This document shows, piece by piece, positions 22,601-30,226 of a DNA stretch of 59,252 bases. This stretch comes from a virus. Where the stretch lies: IMG/VR virus record IMGVR_UViG_3300042975_000012. One strand, given 5' to 3'. Position numbers and translations under genes: made by a program. A model generated the notes under the pieces. The model had not been told where the DNA came from. It saw only the letters and a list, made by a program, of their open reading frames with translations, and ran no database searches. Each line of letters opens with the position of its first letter. The stretch's first letter is position 1.

Positions 22601-23517
22601 TGAATATCAATAAGTCGACGACGCATACCACTTCGTGAATCTGTAAATTTCACAGGTTTATTCGTTCCCATGAACAACATGGTTCGGAATCGTATAGGAT
22701 ATCCAGATTTATACTTCTCATTCATCTGAATAGTCTCATGTGAAATAATCGAATTCAGTAATGTATTGTCTTCGATCCGTGACAAGTCACCATCCTGTTG
22801 AATAGCTACCAATGGGTTGCTCTTCAGTATCTCCAATGCAAACTGATTTGAAGAATTAGCTAGATTCTTCGCATTGAATACTGAAGTGTATCCATTGAAT
22901 AGCTTTTCAATCAAGTCCATAATTGTAGATTTACCAGTACCGGGATCACCATAAAAGACAAAGAACTTGTCGATGTATGCTGAATCGCCAACAAATATAG
23001 ACCCTATTGCCCATTCAATCTTCAGACGTTCGTCTTCGGAATATAGTGTCGACAAGAGTTGATCCCAAGATGGAATAGCATCGTCTTCCAAATTATAACT
23101 TAGTTTATGGGATGCCAGATCTTTTTCCGTCGTCACTTGGTCTTTGTAGGTGATTCGTTTGTCCAAGTCTTCGAAATTATCATCAAGCTGCTTGGTGTAA
23201 ATATTAAAATCATTCAGCAGATGAGTCTTCGCCGAAGCCATGGATTTTACAATAGCTAATGCTCCATCTTTATCCTTCGCTTCGAAGTCTAATTTGAAAT
23301 CCCACAATGCAGCATCGACCAGTCGAACCACATCATATTTATCAGTAGACCAAAGTCCTGACTTCTCATCATATACAGCATAGAACACTCCACCTTTGAC
23401 CATAAGGTCCGTCGCTCGTTTGTTTATGAAGTCTGGATAGATCTCATATTCATAACCTTCCGCACGAAGAGGACTCTTAGTGGAAAGTCTAGACTTTTTA
23501 ATATCAAAGAAATCCAA
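19606..23517 (-). CDS. Replicase fusion: D5_N/SF3 helicase, AEP primase-polymerase and family-B DNA polymerase with 3'-5' exonuclease
   Basis: Walker A GDPGTGKST (aa 189-197). AEP motifs ILDFDI (518-523) and SGSGVHLAYW (552-561). Exo I FFDVEV (717-722), Exo II FNNRRYD, Exo III YCCNDV. Pol A DIASMHPSS (961), Pol B KTVINSIYG (1031), Pol C HIKTDS (1083). TTG start behind AGAAAGGAACAGTC. Confidence 0.75.
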   Translation of the reverse strand: MDFFDIKKSRLSTKSPLRAEGYEYEIYPDFINKRATDLMVKGGVFYAVYDEKSGLWSTDKYDVVRLVDAALWDFKLDFEAKDKDGALAIVKSMASAKTHLLNDFNIYTKQLDDNFEDLDKRITYKDQVTTEKDLASHKLSYNLEDDAIPSWDQLLSTLYSEDERLKIEWAIGSIFVGDSAYIDKFFVFYGDPGTGKSTIMDLIEKLFNGYTSVFNAKNLANSSNQFALEILKSNPLVAIQQDGDLSRIEDNTLLNSIISHETIQMNEKYKSGYPIRFRTMLFMGTNKPVKFTDSRSGMRRRLIDIHPTGNKIPYTKYKELINQTAFEYGSIAKRCIDVYNTYGENLYADYVAIQMEEKTNLIYNFLSENYDYFLTKDGVTLAEVWDMYQTFCDSGNYQYKGNRGYFQDELKSYFENFYKRTMIDGERLRNYYEGFRYEKFAEFAMNKDKVIVEKDTIPDWLKFTEQESIFDQVMANQPAQLTNADGYPRIRWDRVTTKLLDLDTRQLHYVKVPENLIILDFDIKNSSGEKDLTLNLREASKYLKTNGEYSKSGSGVHLAYWYDGDPALLAHLVKPDVEIKVYRGNAALRRKLTKCNDIPIANMPEGILPVKEKEMISDKEIKDERHIRNLIAKAFRKEIWPNTTPNISFICTVLDEAFDSDVSYDVSDMKRDVISFATGSTHQAPYCLSMVTNMKFKSRDMIEAEKAQKESEDSIVFFDVEVFPNVFIVCYKKQGLPDCVRMINPKPEEVQRLFNYKLVGFNNRRYDNHIMYAWTQGYSNKGLYELSQRIINSSKTKDRDCFFGQAYNLSYTDIYDYCSAGNKMSLKKWEFKLDIHHVENQYPWDEDLPKQYWTEVTDYCCNDVQATEAVWNATQGDFKARQILADITGKTVNDTTNTLSTAFIFGDDPAPQKQFVYTDLSEMFPGYEFKKGVSTYRGEVVGEGGRVYVNEGTYFNVGLFDIASMHPSSLINLNLFGDKYTKRFAEIKEARIAAKHNDTEKLKTILNGELMKFVNAPDWNDIRKDLVGALKTVINSIYGLTAARFPNKARDPRNVDNIVAKRGALFMMDLTEKVEAMGYTVVHIKTDSIKVANADPKIAQFIIDYGHQYGYDFELEAVYDRMCIVNKAVYISKLALGDDGMRQSSDDSVRWSATGKQFQEPYVFKTLFSHEDYSFDDLLQHKSAQTPVYICKDGKPIRFVGKEGNFVPVMDTHTGGDLMTKRDGKFNYLSGTKGYIWNEAEVVKSVGAIDAVDLTYFDSLADDAKQAIQDNMKNCNLETVYDFINSKTSTEDTAAQQALKQFM

Positions 23518-23529
23518 GACTGTTCCTTT

Positions 23530-24051
23530 CTAGGACTCCTGTAGAATATAGGAAGCCATTTGGTCCCATAGTTCCATTTTAGTTCGGTCATGGCCATAGA
23601 TGGTGACTGGGAATAGACTCCCACTACCGGAATATGGATTGTAATTATGATTGAGTACATCATGAATCGTCTGTCTTACGACATATTGAGTATTAGGATA
23701 TTGAGACATGAACTCGTCTGTAAAATCCATAAACCCAAGATTATCAATCAAATCCCAGAAGAAGGGTCGAATATCATCTACTTCATGATCGAGAAGAGAT
23801 TGGTATTCTATCGTCTGGGATAAGATAATGATAAGTTCGAATACAGAAAATATAGGAGGCACTGTATCAGCATCTCGTGGGCATTCAGAAATGAATTCCT
23901 CTTGCAACCGCTGAATATCACCTTCTCTATTAGCATCCATAGTAATATCGTATGTAAAGGGGATACTGAATAGTATATCCATGAGACTCAAATATGAATT
24001 ATCGATTCTGTCTACTTTGTCATATAGCCACCTGAAATATGTTACGTTCAT
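23530..24051 (-). CDS. Hypothetical protein (173 aa)
   Basis: ORF on the coding strand. Confidence 0.55.
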   Translation of the reverse strand: MNVTYFRWLYDKVDRIDNSYLSLMDILFSIPFTYDITMDANREGDIQRLQEEFISECPRDADTVPPIFSVFELIIILSQTIEYQSLLDHEVDDIRPFFWDLIDNLGFMDFTDEFMSQYPNTQYVVRQTIHDVLNHNYNPYSGSGSLFPVTIYGHDRTKMELWDQMASYILQES

Positions 24052-24073
24052 ATAGCAATTACTATTCCTTATA

Positions 24074-24865
24074 TTATGCTAACGAATCTCCATATGTACA
24101 GGGCTTATATGAAATTTCGTAGTCGGTCATCAATCGTTCATTACGAACATAGATAATAGGCATTTCCTCCGAAATATAATTCAGGAATTCACTACCTACA
24201 ATTTTTTCGTAATTTTTCCTGCCCAGGAAGGGTGCATTACTCTCATCGGCAAGAACCTTGTCTTTAGCATACCAGCTATATGATAGCTTACTGTAGAGAT
24301 CATCTTCTTCATCAAAGAAGCTGTCATCTATCAAGTAAGGATCCACATTACTGGTTTCGTCTTCTTCTGTCACTTCAATATCCTCCTCGGATTCATCAGA
24401 CTCAGATCCATCAGACTCATATTCGTCGTCATGAACAACCACGTAATCTTTTTTCTCCTGAATAGGTATCTCAGTAACAGATGTGTCAGTTAATGTGTTT
24501 TGTTGATAGTCTTGAATATGCTCAAGCAATGTAGGAACATCAAGACCTTCTTTGTACATCATACTGATATATGCTTGTTCCTTACTCTTAAGCTCTTCAT
24601 ATTGAGTATGAATTTCTTCATATTTTTCTTGATAGTATCTGCGAGCCTTTGCCTCTTGCTTAGTAAGTTCAAGAGCATCTGACTCAACAGTCGCTACGTC
24701 TTTTCTGTTGTCCTGGTAATACGCCTTCATCTTGGCGATCTCTTCTTCAGCTTTATCTTGAGCTTTCTGTTCGAAGAAATTCTTTCCGATGAAAATACCA
24801 CCAGCGACACCAAAGGCCGCAGCAACCAATCCGGTTCCTACGGCCACTAGTGTTGTGTTTGCCAT
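24074..24865 (-). CDS. Membrane-anchored coiled-coil protein with acidic central tract (263 aa)
   Basis: N-terminal TM LVAVGTGLVAAAFGVAGGIFIG. DESEEDIEVTEEDE tract. Confidence 0.55.
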   Translation of the reverse strand: MANTTLVAVGTGLVAAAFGVAGGIFIGKNFFEQKAQDKAEEEIAKMKAYYQDNRKDVATVESDALELTKQEAKARRYYQEKYEEIHTQYEELKSKEQAYISMMYKEGLDVPTLLEHIQDYQQNTLTDTSVTEIPIQEKKDYVVVHDDEYESDGSESDESEEDIEVTEEDETSNVDPYLIDDSFFDEEDDLYSKLSYSWYAKDKVLADESNAPFLGRKNYEKIVGSEFLNYISEEMPIIYVRNERLMTDYEISYKPCTYGDSLA

Positions 24866-24868
24866 AAC

Positions 24869-25810
24869 TTAGTCCTTTGGCAGTCCATTGATGATAACAC
24901 CATCAACGTTGGGATCAATATAAATAGCAGCAGTATCAACGGTATCCAAATCAGACGTTACATTGATAGAGGGACGAAGCGTGATGTATCCGTCACCTTC
25001 AGGATCATCTTCAGTAGGCTTATACAGCCAACCAACGACGGCACCGGTTGAAGTATCTGCAAATCCAAGTGCATGATAGACCTGATTAAGGAAGACGTGC
25101 CCTTCAGTACGAAGCTTCTGGTTGTAGTAGTTCTCAACACCCTGAATGAAGGACATATTGTACTCATGATCATCATCCGAATAATTGGCGTTGGAAGAAT
25201 CAAACCACCGTGCATATACTGCTACAGGGGCATCCTTATCTACAACCTTAGTGGCTTCCTTCTTACCGGTTTCCTCATTCTTGATCTTCTCAGAACGAGC
25301 ACCCATGTAAATATCATTTTCTTTCTCTTCGCCCATAGACTTCTTGACACGAGAACGATATTCTTTGAAGGACTGATCAATTGCCGTATATGCTGCTGCA
25401 AGTGCAGCGTTGCGTTCTACAGAAATCTGCTGTCCTTTAATAGAACAGAAAACACCAATACCCATAGCCACTACTGCGGGCCAATACGTCTTAGCAAAAC
25501 CAACACCAGCAAGCATATAAAAATGCATTTTATCGTTAGTCGCATCTCTATCCGTATATGATGTCTTAGCTCCGTCAGGATATACAATGTTGAAGTCCTT
25601 GTCACGGAGCTTAATGCATTCTTGAATGCTCTCCAGATTCTCATCAAGCCTATCCTTGACATGGATAGCCTTTGGTGTTTCCTTGACTGCAAGAACCGTA
25701 CTGGCGATACTTGCTGCAATGCCCACACCGGTGAGAATTTGTGGTGCATTTTCCTTGAGTACGAAGCCTACCTTTGAGGCTGTCGCTACTACTGTTTCCT
25801 TGATACTCAT
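24869..25810 (-). CDS. Membrane protein (313 aa), paralog of 27613..28392
   Basis: Shared N-terminus ...APQILTGVGIAASIASTVLAVKETPKA vs ...LPVILTGVGVVGVVVTPVLAYKARPKV, and shared C-terminal ...LNxxYxxLGx...G...GW. Confidence 0.55.
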   Translation of the reverse strand: MSIKETVVATASKVGFVLKENAPQILTGVGIAASIASTVLAVKETPKAIHVKDRLDENLESIQECIKLRDKDFNIVYPDGAKTSYTDRDATNDKMHFYMLAGVGFAKTYWPAVVAMGIGVFCSIKGQQISVERNAALAAAYTAIDQSFKEYRSRVKKSMGEEKENDIYMGARSEKIKNEETGKKEATKVVDKDAPVAVYARWFDSSNANYSDDDHEYNMSFIQGVENYYNQKLRTEGHVFLNQVYHALGFADTSTGAVVGWLYKPTEDDPEGDGYITLRPSINVTSDLDTVDTAAIYIDPNVDGVIINGLPKD

Positions 25811-26019
25811 TGTTGTTCCTTTTCTGTTACATCGTTTGTCATATCGTAACTAAACTTATCTTCAGTAGGATTTCCGCTGAAGTTCTTAATATTACCATTT
25901 GAAATTAATGCCATAACCATTTGTCTAGAAATATCGCACTCATAATAATCTTTGAGTAGTTTACTAATACCAGTATCTGATAGACGTCTAGCAAATGCTT
26001 TGTCTTGTGCTTTACCCAT
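25807..26019 (-). CDS. Hypothetical protein (70 aa)
   Basis: ORF with ATGA coupling to the downstream gene. Confidence 0.5.
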   Translation of the reverse strand: MGKAQDKAFARRLSDTGISKLLKDYYECDISRQMVMALISNGNIKNFSGNPTEDKFSYDMTNDVTEKEQQ

Positions 26020-26032
26020 AAGAATATCCTTT

Positions 26033-26737
26033 CTAGCGATTCATTCCTGTGACGTTCAAAGGAATAGGTTGTGGCATGATAATAACATACGTTCCGTGAC
26101 TAGGACGTATCTTCATATCTCGAAGTTCTCCTGCATCAGTCCAGCCCCATTTATGGTCTTGATATTCGGTGTCGACCCCGATAAGACCATAGTAGTCTGC
26201 AACAGATACACTTCCTTCTTGATCGACTTGCGCCTGTAGCATGTCCATGACACGTTCGGCATCGACACGTTCTGCAAATTCAAATTCAGAGAATTTGAAC
26301 GCTTCGCGTTCTTGTCTAGATATAGTCTTGTTAACCGTTTGACTGGTTGCCGAATTGGGCCGTCCTGAATATGCAGAGGAGTATGCAGTATGACCTCCAC
26401 CTGTATATCCAGGACGGTAACCAATTCGTGAACGAGGCGAGTCGTTCCATAACAGGCGACTCATGCCAGTATCGATAAAGTCATAGACGAAATCTTTAAG
26501 ACGAGGTTTAACTACCTCATTCGTAAGACCTTTGCCTATCTCGAGAATGTCAGCTCTGAAGACCTTTGCTTTGTTCTTCTTCACAACTTTCCCGGTAACC
26601 ACTTTTTCGACAGGAGTTTTCTCTTCGCTCGGAGTCTCATTCGGCTTTTGTGATTCAGTTGGACGCGCATAATTAGTCTTGCGAGTCGTATCTGAATTTG
26701 ATTGAATATTGTCAAGGTCAAGCCTATGCTCTGCCAT
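26033..26737 (-). CDS. Hypothetical protein (234 aa)
   Basis: ORF on the coding strand. Confidence 0.55.
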   Translation of the reverse strand: MAEHRLDLDNIQSNSDTTRKTNYARPTESQKPNETPSEEKTPVEKVVTGKVVKKNKAKVFRADILEIGKGLTNEVVKPRLKDFVYDFIDTGMSRLLWNDSPRSRIGYRPGYTGGGHTAYSSAYSGRPNSATSQTVNKTISRQEREAFKFSEFEFAERVDAERVMDMLQAQVDQEGSVSVADYYGLIGVDTEYQDHKWGWTDAGELRDMKIRPSHGTYVIIMPQPIPLNVTGMNR

Positions 26738-26753
26738 GAGTCACCTTTTTGTG

Positions 26754-27269
26754 TTAGTTGTTTTCGTTCTTTGCTTTCAAATATGCTTCATAATCGGGAT
26801 CAGTAATGGTCGACACAGGATTCATCGAACCAGTATCAGATGCACTCTTCTCGAATCCCCGACGGACATTTTCCGGAACCACACCAAGGATAAATGTATT
26901 CAATGAATCCGGATTCTTGAAGAGTTCGGAAGTCAAAGCCTCCATCTCACCATTACCTCGGAAAATACCACGATAGTCAGGAGTCTTTACCAAAGCGTCT
27001 TCCATACGACGACCATATGCCGCAGAAATAAGACTGTCGATCGCTAGCATGGAACGCACAACCCTACTACTAGTCGTGCTCTCGATATCATCGAGACCCT
27101 TAATATCATCGGGTCGAGACGGCATATCACCCATACCCCTCAGTCCCGCCATGAATTCCTGATCGAGGAGGAGCTTGCCCCACTCATGCTCATTCAGACC
27201 AAAATACTCGGTCTTGGATTCCTGCATACCAGTGAAGATATTCTTGTAGTTGATGGTCTTCTTAATCAT
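26754..27269 (-). CDS. Hypothetical protein (171 aa)
   Basis: ORF on the coding strand. Confidence 0.55.
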   Translation of the reverse strand: MIKKTINYKNIFTGMQESKTEYFGLNEHEWGKLLLDQEFMAGLRGMGDMPSRPDDIKGLDDIESTTSSRVVRSMLAIDSLISAAYGRRMEDALVKTPDYRGIFRGNGEMEALTSELFKNPDSLNTFILGVVPENVRRGFEKSASDTGSMNPVSTITDPDYEAYLKAKNENN

Positions 27270-27300
27270 TATTATTCCTATCTATTTGTTATTATCAAAA

Positions 27301-27327
27301 TTTAGAGGACCGTGTAGGCCCTCTAAA
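27301..27327 (-). terminator. Intrinsic terminator with CTACACGG apex
   Basis: RC reads TTTAGAGGGCCTACACGGTCCTCTAAA then TTTTG. Confidence 0.6.
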
Positions 27328-27338
27328 TATAACTTAAA

Positions 27339-27536
27339 TTACTCTTCAGATTGCTCTGAATCTTTTTCTGCTTTACCTGCGGCGCGATCCAAATTGGTTA
27401 CGTCCTTCTTTGACAGATGCTTCAGTGTCACAGTTTCATGGCCAAATGCTTTGTCCATATACTTCTTTGATACCGAACCAGCTGCAAGACTGACTACACC
27501 AACGCTTACGCCGATAGCTAATGCTCCAAAATCCAT
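27339..27536 (-). CDS. Small membrane protein (65 aa)
   Basis: N-terminal TM FGALAIGVSVGVVSLAAG. Confidence 0.5.
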   Translation of the reverse strand: MDFGALAIGVSVGVVSLAAGSVSKKYMDKAFGHETVTLKHLSKKDVTNLDRAAGKAEKDSEQSEE

Positions 27537-27561
27537 TGTTACTCCTTTATAGTAGTTTGTG

Positions 27562-27586
27562 GTTCACTATAGCGCATGTAATTTTT
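27562..27586 (-). promoter_or_regulatory. Motif A variant embedded in an 11-bp-arm hairpin (ggttcactata/tatagtgaacc)
   Basis: RC reads AAAAATTACATGCGCTATAGTGAAC. Arms at 27561..27571 and 27590..27600. Confidence 0.45.
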
Positions 27587-27612
27587 GTACTATAGTGAAC
27601 CATCTAAATATA

Positions 27613-28392
27613 CTACAATCTATTCTCTGACTTGGGCAGGGTATTAAACTCCACCATGACCGCAGGTTTGACGTCTTCAGTAAGTATGCTGGAATATGAT
27701 ACTTGAAGCAACTTATCAGTCGTCCATCCGATATCATCACCAACGCCGATTGGCGCTAATCCCAGATAGTAATAGAAGTTGTTCAACGAACACCAACCAT
27801 CGCTATTAACCTCAAAGTTGACTTTATTCACTGCTGCATCAACTTTGTTCTGCGTCGATTTGAATTCCCTACTGGTATACCAATCAAAGAACCGCTCTTC
27901 ATCATCATCAGACCGAATATGATGCTTCTTATGTGGTTCGGGATTTTCTTCCTTCACCTTTTCTGCTACTTCTTCATCGATCTTAGCCCGTTGGTCCTTA
28001 TCAGGAACCACCTGATCTAGATGCTTTTTATATTCAGAAATAGCCGTTGTAGCAGTGCCATAGGCAGCCAAGAGTGCAGCCTTCTGCATACTAGAAGATA
28101 CATGTGCACCGATAATAGCACCTACAGTAATAACTCCTGAGATAGCCACGGGTGCCCATTTAGTCCACGTATATTTAATATATACAACCTTCTCCTTTGC
28201 TGGACTTTCAGCATTGGCGAAAGCTTCAATATATTCTTCTGAATTTTGAATAGCCTCGACTTTTGGTCGTGCCTTATATGCCAGAACTGGTGTGACCACA
28301 ACACCGACAACACCAACACCAGTTAATATAACTGGCAGGTGGTCGACTAAGGTTTTACCAATTTTATCTGTGACATCTTGTGTAGATGGCAT
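27613..28392 (-). CDS. Membrane protein (259 aa), paralog of 24869..25810
   Basis: See partner. Confidence 0.55.
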   Translation of the reverse strand: MPSTQDVTDKIGKTLVDHLPVILTGVGVVGVVVTPVLAYKARPKVEAIQNSEEYIEAFANAESPAKEKVVYIKYTWTKWAPVAISGVITVGAIIGAHVSSSMQKAALLAAYGTATTAISEYKKHLDQVVPDKDQRAKIDEEVAEKVKEENPEPHKKHHIRSDDDEERFFDWYTSREFKSTQNKVDAAVNKVNFEVNSDGWCSLNNFYYYLGLAPIGVGDDIGWTTDKLLQVSYSSILTEDVKPAVMVEFNTLPKSENRL

Positions 28393-28463
28393 ACTATTTC
28401 CTTTCGTGAAATTTAATGAAGATATGTATTTTGGGAATTAAACATCAACGCCCATTTCTACTT

Positions 28464-28488
28464 CTTCATTATAAGGTATGTATTTTTT
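28464..28488 (-). promoter_or_regulatory. Motif A promoter-like element
   Basis: RC reads AAAAAATACATACCTTATAATGAAG. Confidence 0.5.
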
Positions 28489-28496
28489 GTATTTTT

Positions 28497-28811
28497 TCAG
28501 ATTTTGATATGCTCATGATGACCAATATGGTCATAAATATCAACTGACGTTTTGGGATCTACGCCATAGTAGGTAAAGGTCACCACATATATTCGGTCAT
28601 CGCCAACAATATTGGTATTCAATAACGCTTTGACTTCATCACGAATATAACCCAAGAACTCAATACGAATATTCTCGATAGCGACATTCTTAACTGCTGA
28701 AGATAGAAGTTTATTTTCTTCGAATTCTTTGAGTAATAATTCTTTGACAACAACTTCGGGTGTTTTACCTTGTACCGGATTACTGTATGAATCATATATA
28801 TTAAATACCAT
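28497..28811 (-). CDS. Hypothetical protein (104 aa)
   Basis: Start MVFNIYD at 28811, with TAATG overlap with the upstream gene. Confidence 0.55.
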   Translation of the reverse strand: MVFNIYDSYSNPVQGKTPEVVVKELLLKEFEENKLLSSAVKNVAIENIRIEFLGYIRDEVKALLNTNIVGDDRIYVVTFTYYGVDPKTSVDIYDHIGHHEHIKI

Positions 28812-29056
28812 TATTCTTGTCCTTTGATATTGCAATCTATATAATTGTCAACTACATGACAATTATATAGAGTCTCAGATTTGTCCTTGTAACTAAATTT
28901 CTCACCGGGCGCATATACTCGAGAGTAATATACTTCATCGTAGTCGTGCGCTTTGCTAGTATACAGGAAAAGTAGGGTGACAGTTGCTAGCAACAAAACA
29001 ACCCATGTAACTACAATAGTAATGGCAAGCCCCATATATTTTTTTGTTGGTTTCAT
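28811..29056 (-). CDS. Small N-terminally anchored membrane protein, paralog of 29667..29912
   Basis: ...ITIVVTWVVLLLATVTLLFLY..DYDEVYYSRVYAPGEKFSYK...YNCHV...DCNIKG vs the partner. MKGIIM artefact removed. Confidence 0.55.
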   Translation of the reverse strand: MKPTKKYMGLAITIVVTWVVLLLATVTLLFLYTSKAHDYDEVYYSRVYAPGEKFSYKDKSETLYNCHVVDNYIDCNIKGQE

Positions 29057-29088
29057 GATTATTCCTTTCAAATCATTTGTGAAAATAT

Positions 29089-29178
29089 GAAGAACTAGTA
29101 TTTATTAATCCTAAATCACGCTGACTCACGCAAGATAGGTAACACGCTGACTCACGCATATCTAAATATTAGTTCTTC
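29089..29178 (-). ncRNA. Twin-repeat hairpin cassette E4
   Basis: 16-bp outer arms gaagaactagtattta/taaatattagttcttc (1 mismatch). 16-nt repeats cacgctgactcacgca at 29117..29132 and 29143..29158. Inner ccta/tagg pairing. Confidence 0.45.
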
Positions 29179-29199
29179 ATTATAAGACATGTAATTTTT
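29175..29199 (-). promoter_or_regulatory. Motif A promoter-like element
   Basis: RC reads AAAAATTACATGTCTTATAATGAAG. Confidence 0.55.
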
Positions 29200-29220
29200 G
29201 CAATTTTACAAAGGCGAAAT

Positions 29221-29245
29221 ATACAGGACCGTGTAGGTCCTGTAT
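29221..29245 (-). terminator. Intrinsic terminator with CTACACGG apex
   Basis: RC reads ATACAGGACCTACACGGTCCTGTAT then ATTTCGCC; weak T tail. Confidence 0.5.
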
Positions 29246-29250
29246 ATCTT

Positions 29251-29550
29251 TTAAAAAGTCTTTACATCTTTTAGTTCCGTATTGATTTTATCAATAACAT
29301 ACTTACGATAATCATCTTCAAGACCTGTATTCAGAATAAAATCTTTTACGGAATCATATTGCACTTTTGTATTAATATAATGAGATCCAGCCATAATTGC
29401 TCCAACTGTTCCAGCGGTCACTATTACGCATAGTGCTGTTGCTTCAGCTGTTACTTTTATGGATTGTTCATTAGTTTTATACCAAGTTGCAAATTTATTC
29501 TTAAAAGATACTTTTTCTTTTTGATCTTCAATTTGAGTATTGTCAGTCAT
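29251..29550 (-). CDS. Single-pass membrane protein (99 aa), paralog of 12264..12545
   Basis: MKGNIM leader artefact removed. See partner. Confidence 0.55.
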   Translation of the reverse strand: MTDNTQIEDQKEKVSFKNKFATWYKTNEQSIKVTAEATALCVIVTAGTVGAIMAGSHYINTKVQYDSVKDFILNTGLEDDYRKYVIDKINTELKDVKTF

Positions 29551-29585
29551 GATATTTCCTTTCATAGAAATTTATAATGATAGTA

Positions 29586-29609
29586 CTTCATTATAAGGTA
29601 TGTAATTTC
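29586..29609 (-). promoter_or_regulatory. Motif A promoter-like element
   Basis: RC reads GAAATTACATACCTTATAATGAAG. Confidence 0.5.
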
Positions 29610-29666
29610 TATAGTTATCGATATCAATATTGAGGACTATGGGATTATCCGAATATAGTATTCGTA

Positions 29667-29912
29667 TTAACGACTAGTACCTTTCATATTGCAATCAAGG
29701 TTTTCTTTGGTGACTGTACAGTTAAACAAAGTGTCTGCACCATTTCGAAAGCTGAACTTCTCACCAGGTTCATATGTACGATGGTAATATACCGAATCAT
29801 AATCATTACTTTTATCTAAATATAGGTATGCCAGCGTAGCGGTTGAGCCAAGCAGTACAATCCATGTTACGATGAGAGTGATTGCCGTAGTGATATATTT
29901 ATTGTTTTTCAT
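29667..29912 (-). CDS. Small N-terminally anchored membrane protein, paralog of 28811..29056
   Basis: See partner. Confidence 0.55.
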   Translation of the reverse strand: MKNNKYITTAITLIVTWIVLLGSTATLAYLYLDKSNDYDSVYYHRTYEPGEKFSFRNGADTLFNCTVTKENLDCNMKGTSR

Positions 29913-29988
29913 CTTTATTTCTGCCTTTCAATATTACAAATGACATGATCTTCAGTTACTTTACTAATATATTATATGTAAAAATAAT

Positions 29989-30077
29989 GAAGAACTAGTA
30001 AAAGATATCCTTAAAATGCATTAATACGCATAATAAGGGGAAGCGTTAATACGCTTGGTCCCAATTACTAGTTCTTC
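29989..30077 (-). ncRNA. Twin-repeat hairpin cassette E5
   Basis: Perfect 13-bp outer arms gaagaactagtaa/ttactagttcttc. Repeats gcRttaatacgc at 30018..30029 and 30043..30054. Inner cctta/taagg pairing. Confidence 0.5.
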
Positions 30078-30097
30078 ATTATAGAATATGTAAAAAA
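30074..30097 (-). promoter_or_regulatory. Motif A promoter-like element
   Basis: RC reads TTTTTTACATATTCTATAATGAAG. Confidence 0.55.
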
Positions 30098-30101
30098 TAA
30101 T

Positions 30102-30201
30102 GAAGAATTAGTAATTCCTAAAATATCCTCAAAATACGTCTGAGACGCGTTATGAGGGGGGGCGTCTGAGACGCGCGGTCCTAAAGGATTACTAATTCTT
30201 C
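30102..30201 (-). ncRNA. Twin-repeat hairpin cassette E6 (directly upstream of E5 in transcription order)
   Basis: 17-bp outer arms gaagaattagtaattcct/aggattactaattcttc (1 bulge). Palindromic repeats cgtctgagacgcg at 30137..30149 and 30163..30175. Inner cctca/tgagg pairing. Confidence 0.5.
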
Positions 30202-30222
30202 ATTATAAGACATGTAATTTTT
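30198..30222 (-). promoter_or_regulatory. Motif A promoter-like element
   Basis: RC reads AAAAATTACATGTCTTATAATGAAG. Confidence 0.55.
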
Positions 30223-30226
30223 GTAC

